A program made the position numbers and the translations under genes. A stretch of 64,000 nt of DNA from Candidatus Zixiibacteriota bacterium (lineage in GTDB: Bacteria > Zixibacteria > MSB-5A5 > GN15 > FEB-12), in NCBI GenBank assembly GCA_024276275.1, contig JAJRXM010000015.1, positions 18,868-82,867 on the forward strand, written 5' to 3'. The notes beneath the pieces are model-generated. The model had not been told where the DNA came from and made no database searches. It was given only the letters and a program-made list of their open reading frames with translations. The first letter of the stretch is position 1, and the number at the start of each line of letters is the position of its first letter. This document shows, in pieces, positions 30,227 through 37,866 of the stretch.

Positions 30227-30572
30227 TTTAATACTCCCTTACGCCAGGCGTAGAATAATCCAAAGAACAATATAAGAATAAAAATTATCATTTCAATTAA
30301 TGCATATAGTCCAAGCCCTCCAAATGCAACTGCCCATGGAAATAAAAATACCGCCTCGACTTCAAAAATAACAAATATCAAAGCAAAAATATAAAAACGG
30401 TTGTTAAAACGAAACCATGAATTACCGACAGGCTCTTCGGCGCATTCATAGTTGGCATTTTTTTGGGGTATGGGTTGTGGGGGCGAATCATTTTTGACAT
30501 AAAAAATGTCATGAGAACAATCCCAACTCCGGCAAAGATAAATACTAAAACGGCCAGATATTCTGCTATCAT
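30217..30572 (-). pseudogene. nuoA: NADH-quinone oxidoreductase subunit A, frameshifted in a homopolymer
   Basis: The N-terminus MIAEYLAVLVFIFAGVGIVLMTFFMSKMIRPHNPYPKK (ORF 30378..30572 frame) joins ..NANYECAEEPVGNSWFRFNNRFYIFALIFVIFEVEAVFLFPWA.. (ORF 30217.. frame) at the A7 run (T7 on the plus strand, 30458-30464). Length is 3n+2, and one extra A restores YPKKNANYEC. Confidence 0.85.
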
Positions 30573-30595
30573 ACAACAACCTCTTTAGACAAACG

Positions 30596-30625
30596 ATTAT
30601 GTGACTTAATTCACAATTTAATCAA
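30596..30625 (-). promoter_or_regulatory. Possible sigma70-type promoter for the nuo operon
   Basis: On the minus strand: TTGATT (30620-30625), an 18-nt spacer, then CATAAT (30596-30601), about 20 nt upstream of the RBS aagagg and the nuoA ATG. This is a weak call. Confidence 0.3.
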
Positions 30626-30785
30626 AGCAAACAACAAAAAAAATCAAAATTGTCAAGTTTTATTTAAAAAAATGTTTTACCCAAGTTGTTAATTACCAAC
30701 AGAATTTGACGATTAGCAACTATTAAAACATTTACTTTTTGCTACTCTTTACAATTTTTGATTCTATAAATATATAACCAATTAT

Positions 30786-30826
30786 CATAAAAAGAGATAC
30801 GGGACAATAAATATCCCATATCTCTC
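30786..30826 (-). terminator. Rho-independent terminator after the cytochrome operon
   Basis: On the minus strand, agagatatggga-tatttattg-tcccgtatctct forms a 12-bp stem with one G-U pair, followed by ttttt. It starts about 13 nt after the stop at 30839. Confidence 0.55.
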
Positions 30827-30838
30827 TATGTTTAAGTA

Positions 30839-32077
30839 CTATTTCTTTTCCACTTTTCTTATAACAAGATATAATCCAATAACTAAAATCGTGAAGATAA
30901 GAGAAGTAACTCCAAGCCCTTTTCGGCGAAAATAGAATTCTTCAATCAGTCCTGCAGAAGTCTCTTTTACTTTTGCAGCTTGTTTCATTCCTTGTTCAGC
31001 TAAAGGTAAAACAGAATCTAAGTTGAAAGAATGTAGTTTAGTACGTGTTTGTATTAACGATTGCTGAAGTTCTTTCATGCTGAACTCAGCATCGGTAGTT
31101 GCCATACCTTTTTCGATTGCCTCATCAAGTACCACTTGTGCTTCAGCATGAGCTTTAACAAGTGATTTGAGGGCTACAGAAATACCAGCGGCAGTTTCTA
31201 TACCTTTGGTTCCGTCATCAACAGAATGACATTCAATACAAAGAGCAGGTTCTTCAGTTCCAACCCATTTGTCTTCCGGTTTTAAAATCTTATGATTAGA
31301 ATGACAAGTCATACACATCGGAAAATCATTTTCCTCGTATGCTTCTTTATGAGGGGAACTATTAAATAGTTCCGATTCAACAGCATGACAGGTACCACAA
31401 ACAGCAATTAATGAAGTAACTCCCGGAGGAGCTGCACCATGATTTCCATGACAATCATTACAGGTCGGAGCCGATAAGTCACCCCGTTCAAATAAAGCTT
31501 GCCCATGTACTGATTCTTTGTAATCAGCAACAGGAGTAGCTTCAAGTCCGTATTTACCCATCAAGTTGCTATCGCTATGACATTTCCCACATGTTTTGGT
31601 AATGTTTAACGGATGTGTACTGGAGTGTGGAAGTTTTGCCGTATTAATCTGATGAACAGAGTGACAAGAAATACAGTTTGCGACATTTGTATCGCCTTTT
31701 TTCAACAACTGTTTACCATGAAATGATGTTTTATACTTTTCAAACTGGTCAGTCGGCATTGCAGGATTATGCTCATGCATATAGGCAGCATCAGAATGAC
31801 AGCTGGCACAGAATTTTGGAACTTCTCTATAAGATGGAACGCCCTTGTATCCTTTTGAGTTGCGAACATCATCCATATCATCAAGCGAGGCATCCCCGCC
31901 GTGACAGTCAACACATCCAAGACCTTTTTGGATATGAACATCTTTTGAAATCATGTGTGAAGGACCGTCATCATCTTCAAAATCTGCATGACATGTCATA
32001 CAGTTATCTTCAGCAGCAGTAACCAATACGGCAGAAAACATACAGATCATGAGATATATGAAACTTTTTTTATACAT
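30839..32077 (-). CDS. Membrane-anchored nonaheme c-type cytochrome
   Basis: 412 aa with a signal peptide and nine CxxCH motifs (CMTCH, CVDCH, CASCH, CISCH, CGKCH, CNDCH, CGTCH, CMTCH, CIECH). It also has a helical region and a C-terminal TM anchor (VTSLIFTILVIGLYLVI). Confidence 0.8.
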   Translation of the reverse strand: MYKKSFIYLMICMFSAVLVTAAEDNCMTCHADFEDDDGPSHMISKDVHIQKGLGCVDCHGGDASLDDMDDVRNSKGYKGVPSYREVPKFCASCHSDAAYMHEHNPAMPTDQFEKYKTSFHGKQLLKKGDTNVANCISCHSVHQINTAKLPHSSTHPLNITKTCGKCHSDSNLMGKYGLEATPVADYKESVHGQALFERGDLSAPTCNDCHGNHGAAPPGVTSLIAVCGTCHAVESELFNSSPHKEAYEENDFPMCMTCHSNHKILKPEDKWVGTEEPALCIECHSVDDGTKGIETAAGISVALKSLVKAHAEAQVVLDEAIEKGMATTDAEFSMKELQQSLIQTRTKLHSFNLDSVLPLAEQGMKQAAKVKETSAGLIEEFYFRRKGLGVTSLIFTILVIGLYLVIRKVEKK

Positions 32078-32086
32078 TGTTATCTC

Positions 32087-33196
32087 CTATTCTACCATGT
32101 ATCCGTAAAGGGTCATAAAAATTATAAATGCTAACACAAAATATCCAAACGCTGTAAACAATTTAGATTTTTGGTCAACTGCTGATTTTTTATCTAAAAA
32201 CGGTACTAAAGCCCAAATTAAACCACCGATGGAAAAGAATATAATCCCAAAATACTCCCCTTCAAGAAAGAGAATATGTGCCGGCAGCATTTTAAGAGCC
32301 TGGAAGGCAAACATAAAATACCATTCGGGACGAATTACTGCAGGCGGAGGTGCAAAAGAATCTGCTTTTTCACCTAACGGCCAGTGAATAACGCCTATAC
32401 CGTCCGGGAAAAATGTTGCAAGAACAGCAATTACATTTAAGACTATCAACCATACTAATACATCACGCAAAATGAAGTTCGGGAAAAACTTCATATATTT
32501 CTTTTCAGCATCAGATTTGTTTACCCAATCAATCGGTTCACTCATACCTTGACGCTGTACCATTATCAAGTGTGCCGATAAAAGAACAGTAAATAAACCT
32601 GGAAGAATCGCAACATGAAGCCCAAAGAAACGTCCGATTGTCGCACCGGTCACTTCTTCACCGCCTCGCATAATAATAAGAAGGTCGTTTCCGATTACCG
32701 GAACTGCTCCAGCCATACCGGTTCCGACCCGTGTAGCAAAAAATGCCAATTCGTTCCAAGGAAGTAAGTATCCCGAGAAACCAAATAAAAGAGATAAACC
32801 AAACAGACCCATACCGGATAACCAGGTTAGTTCTCTCGGTTTGCGATATGCTTTAGTAAAATAGACTGTAAACATGTGTAAGAAAACAAAAAATACCATT
32901 AAATTGGCAGACCATGAATGAACCGCACGAACCAGCCAGCCAAAAGAAACAGTACTCACAATAAACTGTACAGATTCAAAAGCCGAGTCAGCTCCGGGAC
33001 GGTAATACATAAGTAATAAAATTCCGGAAATAACTTGTACTATAAATAGAAACAAAGAAATTCCACCTAAGTAGTAAAAGGTAGAATGTGAATGTTCCGG
33101 GACTACTTTTGTTCCCATGTAATCAACTAAGGCAGATATTTTAAATCGACTATCTACCCAATCAAACATTTTAGAAGAAAGATTTTTATCACTCAT
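32087..33196 (-). CDS. Cytochrome b (fused b6/subunit IV-type) of a bc-type complex
   Basis: 369-aa polytopic protein with conserved His pairs in the N-terminal helices and the Qo-site PEWYF motif (VIRPEWYFMFAFQALK). Its start overlaps the Rieske gene stop. Confidence 0.85.
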   Translation of the reverse strand: MSDKNLSSKMFDWVDSRFKISALVDYMGTKVVPEHSHSTFYYLGGISLFLFIVQVISGILLLMYYRPGADSAFESVQFIVSTVSFGWLVRAVHSWSANLMVFFVFLHMFTVYFTKAYRKPRELTWLSGMGLFGLSLLFGFSGYLLPWNELAFFATRVGTGMAGAVPVIGNDLLIIMRGGEEVTGATIGRFFGLHVAILPGLFTVLLSAHLIMVQRQGMSEPIDWVNKSDAEKKYMKFFPNFILRDVLVWLIVLNVIAVLATFFPDGIGVIHWPLGEKADSFAPPPAVIRPEWYFMFAFQALKMLPAHILFLEGEYFGIIFFSIGGLIWALVPFLDKKSAVDQKSKLFTAFGYFVLAFIIFMTLYGYMVE

Positions 33197-33645
33197 CAGC
33201 TGTCTCCTTTGCTGACAAAGATAGTTTCACCTACTTCTTTCACCTGATACGGTTCAAGCGGACGGGGTGGAGGACCTGAGATATTAGACCCATCCATACC
33301 GTAACGACCATTGTGGCATGAACACCAGATAATTCCTAAATCAGGACGGTGTTGTACAGTACAATCAAGGTGAGTGCAAGTAGCACTTAATGCCATTAGT
33401 TCGTTTGTTTCTGTAAGAAAAATAATTCCCATACTACGGCCATATTTAAAGTATTTAGCTTTTTTCGGCTCACTTTCAATATCAGCTCGGGAAAAAGAAA
33501 GTTTCAGCTGCGACAGTTTTGCTTCTGCTAATTTCGGCGGTGTGATATATTTATATATCGGATAAAACACCGCTACCATTGCAAGGAGAGCAGAACCGCT
33601 TAAAGCTGCTTCAAGAAATCCTCTACGTGATTTTTCTCCTGACAC
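33196..33645 (-). CDS. Rieske [2Fe-2S] subunit
   Basis: 149 aa with a Tat-like N-terminus (SRRGFLEAAL) and a TM helix. Rieske boxes are CTHLDC and CSCHNGRY. Confidence 0.85.
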   Translation of the reverse strand: MSGEKSRRGFLEAALSGSALLAMVAVFYPIYKYITPPKLAEAKLSQLKLSFSRADIESEPKKAKYFKYGRSMGIIFLTETNELMALSATCTHLDCTVQHRPDLGIIWCSCHNGRYGMDGSNISGPPPRPLEPYQVKEVGETIFVSKGDS

Positions 33646-33750
33646 AACTTCTCCTATATGTTTACTCGTTTATTAAACAACTTTAAAAAAATTTATTCGG
33701 TCATACATACTATAAAATACAAAAAATAAAATGACTTATATCAATACAGC

Positions 33751-34140
33751 TTATCTTAGAACAGCTATAGCATCAATTTCTACTTTAACATCCTTCGGTA
33801 AACGACTTACTTCCACTGTTGCTCTTGCCGGAGGATTCTCAGAAAAATAAGATGCATAGACTTCGTTGACAGCAGCAAAATCATTCATATCAGTTAAATA
33901 AATTGTTGTTTTAACAACATCAGCAAAACAGGCTGAACCTGCTTTGAGAACTTGCCCGAGATTATCCATTACTTGTTTACATTGTTCAGCAGCAGTATTT
34001 CCGACCACTTCCATTGATTGTGGATTCAGGGGGATATTTCCGGAAACATATAAAGTTTCAGCACAGGTTACCTTTACAGCTTGAGAATATGGTCCGATAG
34101 CATGTGGGGCTAAATCGGTTTGCACAATCTTCTTCATCAT
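33751..34140 (-). CDS. ridA: RidA/YjgF-family reactive-intermediate deaminase
   Basis: APHAIGPYSQAVKV...TTIYLTDMNDFAAVNEVY...PARATVEVSRLPKDVKVEIDAIA is the canonical RidA pattern. AGGAGG precedes the ATGATG at 34140/34137, so the track ORF start at 34185 is probably too long. Confidence 0.9.
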   Translation of the reverse strand: MMKKIVQTDLAPHAIGPYSQAVKVTCAETLYVSGNIPLNPQSMEVVGNTAAEQCKQVMDNLGQVLKAGSACFADVVKTTIYLTDMNDFAAVNEVYASYFSENPPARATVEVSRLPKDVKVEIDAIAVLR

Positions 34141-34240
34141 ACCTCCTAAAGTATGACGACAATCAAAGGCATTTTTTTTAAGCAATCAAGCGATTTTTTA
34201 TTTTTGGAGAATTATTATAGACTGTTTTGTCTTAGAAAGT

Positions 34241-35227
34241 TTATATAGTTTCTAAACCTTTAGGTCCCATGAGGGTAACAAATGCTTTCATTGCATCTTC
34301 ATCATAAGCCCCTTTAATTGAAAGCATAACTTTTAAAGCAGGAAATGTATCCAATGCTCTTTGATATACCCGTTCTGTAGTCATCGCATCAAATGAATCA
34401 GCTATAGCTACAATTTTAGAAAAAATATGCATTTCATTTAAACCTATTCCGTTTGGATAACCCGAACGGTCACCTCTTTCATGATGCTGTAATATCGGAT
34501 ATAGTGCTTCTTCCGGTATTTCATCAGTCTCTCTCATTAAATCATCACCCCATTTAGGATGTTTTTTCATAATTTCAAACTCTATAGAGTTTAAAGCTGA
34601 TTTTTTATTTAATATTCTATGAGAAATTTTTGATTTTCCGACATCATGCAGTAACGCACCTACACCAAGTTCAAACAAAAAATCGGTGTCATGAAAACCC
34701 ATCTGCTGAGCCAATGCAATTGCAAATGTACAAACATTCACAGAATGAGTATAAGTATAATAGTCAAAAGATGATATTTTCATCAGCGAATGGAACGCTT
34801 GCTGACCTTTTAATATATAGTTGACCGTATTGCCGACTAATTCTTTAGACCGTTTGATATTTTCACCGTAGGTCGGTTTATTAAGAACATCTTTTACAAG
34901 ATTGGTAGATGTTTCATAGAGTATTCCTGCTTTTTTTAATTCAGGAATTAGAGGGTCATGAATTATTTTATTTAAATTCTTTTCTATATATAACTGGTAT
35001 TTATGTTTGCTCTCAGAAGTTATATAGACTTTATCTACTGAATTTTCTAATAATTTTTGACGCGTTCTATCTGTAAAAGGAAGGTCAGCAGAACGATAGA
35101 GTACTAAATTACGATTTATATTTAAGTATAAATCAAAATTTAAAACTGAATCAATTCTGATTGAATCAAGCTGAATCGGTATAAATGCTTGATCTACTTT
35201 GGTATCTGTTGAAATTAAACTCATCAA
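34241..35227 (-). CDS. HD-GYP domain cyclic-di-GMP phosphodiesterase-like protein
   Basis: 328 aa with H..N, LLHDVGK and HHERGDRSGYPNG motifs. Confidence 0.85.
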   Translation of the reverse strand: MMSLISTDTKVDQAFIPIQLDSIRIDSVLNFDLYLNINRNLVLYRSADLPFTDRTRQKLLENSVDKVYITSESKHKYQLYIEKNLNKIIHDPLIPELKKAGILYETSTNLVKDVLNKPTYGENIKRSKELVGNTVNYILKGQQAFHSLMKISSFDYYTYTHSVNVCTFAIALAQQMGFHDTDFLFELGVGALLHDVGKSKISHRILNKKSALNSIEFEIMKKHPKWGDDLMRETDEIPEEALYPILQHHERGDRSGYPNGIGLNEMHIFSKIVAIADSFDAMTTERVYQRALDTFPALKVMLSIKGAYDEDAMKAFVTLMGPKGLETI

Positions 35228-35302
35228 TTTTCCGATATTTTACTGATTTATATAATAATACATTACTTTTTATCTATCGGCAAAAGATGCTCATAGGTTC
35301 AT

Positions 35303-35333
35303 AAAAAAACCCTCTGAAAGATTATTCAGAGGG
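35303..35333 (-). terminator. Rho-independent terminator after 35377..36006
   Basis: 9-bp perfect stem ccctctgaa/ttcagaggg (35310-35318 / 35325-35333), with a T7 run on the minus strand (A-run 35303-35309). Confidence 0.6.
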
Positions 35334-35376
35334 CATGTAGGAGGGAGTAATATAGTGGAGAATTTGATAATTAAGG

Positions 35377-36006
35377 TTACTGCGTATTGTAGTTTTTGAT
35401 TGTACTCATAACCGAATTCAATGATGTAGTGATATTAGTAAGTATTTTGGAGTATTTCTTCAAAAGTTCGGAGTATTGCCAACGCATTTGAAATGCCTGC
35501 TCCGGAAAATCAAACAATTCAAGAAGCACTATTTTATAGATTTCATCTATATAATTGACAACATAATAAGGATAATCAGGGATATTTGAATCCTGTACTT
35601 CCCCTTTACTGATACGTTCACGATATACTTCAATTTTTTCAAGCATAACTGTACCAAAACACCACGGGGTCATAATAATGCCTAAATTGGCTCCGTCAGT
35701 ATAAAACCGTCGAATATTTTTTAACAGAAGATCAATAATGACTGATTTAGCTCTAAAATATGCAATTGACTCATTAAAATCTGTGGTTGTAGTCATCAGT
35801 TTTTCTGAAAGTCTTGATTTTTCTTTTACGGCATTAGCATATGTCAGTTCAAGAAAATGGTAAAAATCATCAAAATAAACTTTACTGTTTTCAGACAGCG
35901 ACATTAAATAATAGCCGTGATCATCTTGGCGAATTTTTGGGTCGTTGGTGCTTTCTAATCTTTCTTGTGAAAATCCTCTTTGATATCTGCCTTCTAACAT
36001 AAACAC
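35377..36006 (-). CDS. Hypothetical protein (orphan, AT-rich)
   Basis: 209-aa ORF with its own terminator. I recognise no family. One sampled 60-nt line is ~25% G+C. Confidence 0.4.
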   Translation of the reverse strand: MFMLEGRYQRGFSQERLESTNDPKIRQDDHGYYLMSLSENSKVYFDDFYHFLELTYANAVKEKSRLSEKLMTTTTDFNESIAYFRAKSVIIDLLLKNIRRFYTDGANLGIIMTPWCFGTVMLEKIEVYRERISKGEVQDSNIPDYPYYVVNYIDEIYKIVLLELFDFPEQAFQMRWQYSELLKKYSKILTNITTSLNSVMSTIKNYNTQ

Positions 36007-36363
36007 TCCTACTTGGTTTTTGTTATCTGCAAACTGTTACTGCAACCGATTTGCCAACTTTATGAAAAATCGTTGCTTTTTGAAACAAAGCCGGTATCTG
36101 ACTAAAAGAAAGTCGGTTATAGGTTCAATTGTTCCGGAGATTAATATCAATTCATTACAATTGTATTGAGCAATTTGGTGCAGAGCATGAACCAAAACTC
36201 ATATATATGCAATCAAAGGACAGTTCTATCTTTTTTTATTAACCAACAATGTATGTGCAAGATTTGAACAATGTGGACTGATTTCAAGAGTTTTAATTCG
36301 TCTTTGTCGATAGTAATAATAGATGAACGTAAAGTATAGTTGAACAATTTTTAGAGGTATTGC

Positions 36364-36618
36364 ATGAACGATAATCAAAAAGGATCACGGACTAAAACAG
36401 GTAAATCAAAAAAAATCAAATTTAAGAGATCAAAAGACTTTTCACCTGACAAGTTAAAACAAAAAGAGAAACGTCAAATCAAACGCAACCGTAAAGAAAA
36501 ACTAGACTTACTTCGTTTAGATGAGTTGGCAGAAGTTGATGAATTAGTAGAGATATACAAAGGAACAGGCTCGCCTGTTCCTTATAATTATACTGGATAC
36601 CAGCCTTCGCTGGTATGA
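36364..36618 (+). CDS. Hypothetical highly basic small protein
   Basis: 84 aa, K/R-rich N-terminal half (..KTGKSKKIKFKRSKDFSPDKLKQKEKRQIKRNRKEK..), with an acidic helix LDELAEVDELVEIY. It is divergent from 35377..36006, and its stop lies inside a 19-nt tandem repeat. Confidence 0.35.
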   Translation: MNDNQKGSRTKTGKSKKIKFKRSKDFSPDKLKQKEKRQIKRNRKEKLDLLRLDELAEVDELVEIYKGTGSPVPYNYTGYQPSLV

Positions 36619-36675
36619 CACTACTAAGCTGGTATAACATTACTAATCTGTCATACTGAACACCCTGCAGGGTGT
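36609..36675. repeat. 19-nt tandem repeat (x2) followed by a 16-nt perfect palindrome
   Basis: gctggtatgacactactaa (36609-36627) and gctggtataacattactaa (36628-36646), then acaccctgcagggtgt (36660-36675). Confidence 0.6.
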
Positions 36676-36706
36676 GAGCGGAGTCGAAGTATGCTCCCTA
36701 AACTAA

Positions 36707-37765
36707 CTATTCAACCCAGTCAGTAATAAAGATATTGGTTTCACCACGTTTGCTATTGTCTCTATTGGAAGCAAAAACTAATTTTTTACCGTCGTGGGAA
36801 AACATCGGGAAACCGTCGAATGTCTCATTATAAGTAATCCGCTCAACCTCTTTAGTATCAATATCAACAGTATACAAGTCAAAATTGCGACCTTTGGGGT
36901 CATCCATGTTGGAACAGAAAATAATAGTTTTCATATTCGGATGCATGTATGGTCCAAAGTTTGCCTTACCGTTGTTGGTTAGCTGAATTATTTTTCTATC
37001 TTCAAGATTCATCATAAACAATTCAAGTTTGCTTGGTCTAATAAATCCGTCTGCAAGCAATTCCTGATATGCTTTTAATTCATCCCCTTCCGGTCGTGAT
37101 GCTCTCCATACAATAGACTTTCCGTCTATTGAGAAAAATGCTCCACCGTCATAGCCGGGGATATCGGTTATCTGTTCAACACCTGAACCATCGGGGTTCA
37201 TAATATACAACTCTAAATCACCTGAGCGAACCGACGTAAAAATAATTTTGTCACCTTGAGGTGAATAAACCGCTTCAGCATCATAACCGTCAGTATTAGT
37301 TAATTGTTTTAAGTTTGAACCGTCAGGGTCTGCTGAAAAAATATCATAACTTTTATATAAAGCCCATACATAGCCGCGTGACATATCGGGTTTTGGAGGA
37401 CAATCATCACCGCCTAGATGTGTTGATGCGTAGATAATGGACTTACCGTCGGGAGCAATAAACGAACAAGTAGATACTCCTTTGCCGGATGAAACCATTG
37501 TTATATCAGACCCGTCGGCATTCATTCTAAAAATAGCATCACATTGTAAATCACCACGACTTGACTGCATAATCAGTTCGGTAGCATCGTAGGAAAAATA
37601 TGCTTCGGCATTTTCACCGCCAAAAGTAAGCTGTTTTGTATTTGAAAAATGTTTTTCCCCATCAAATATAGTAACAGGCTTTACAACCTCTTTTTTTGCT
37701 TCCTCTTTTTTACCGCATCCGACAGCTAATAGCAGTACGGCTAACAAAAATATAGACTTTTTCAA
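36707..37765 (-). CDS. TolB-like beta-propeller lipoprotein (PD40/WD40-like repeats)
   Basis: 352 aa with a lipobox LLAVGC. Repeated ..PDG/SPQG/SIDG/SHDGK..I.F.S motifs (IAPDGKSIIYAS, YSPQGDKIIFTS, FSIDGKSIVWRAS, FSHDGKKLVFASNR). Confidence 0.7.
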   Translation of the reverse strand: MKKSIFLLAVLLLAVGCGKKEEAKKEVVKPVTIFDGEKHFSNTKQLTFGGENAEAYFSYDATELIMQSSRGDLQCDAIFRMNADGSDITMVSSGKGVSTCSFIAPDGKSIIYASTHLGGDDCPPKPDMSRGYVWALYKSYDIFSADPDGSNLKQLTNTDGYDAEAVYSPQGDKIIFTSVRSGDLELYIMNPDGSGVEQITDIPGYDGGAFFSIDGKSIVWRASRPEGDELKAYQELLADGFIRPSKLELFMMNLEDRKIIQLTNNGKANFGPYMHPNMKTIIFCSNMDDPKGRNFDLYTVDIDTKEVERITYNETFDGFPMFSHDGKKLVFASNRDNSKRGETNIFITDWVE

Positions 37766-37866
37766 AATATTCTCCTCTAAATTTTTCTAAACTTCTTGAT
37801 GACTTTTTGATAATAAAGGTTGTAAATTACTTAAAGTAAATGAAAAAATCTAGATGGAGTTAATAA

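Noticed and set aside
36007-36363. tRNA or other structured RNA in the long intergenic regions (36007-36363, 8200-8350, 50900-51300)
   Set aside because: I could not find a cloverleaf-compatible arrangement (no GTTCRANYC T-loop with a matching acceptor stem) or any motif I recognise. This cannot be excluded without tRNAscan or Infernal.
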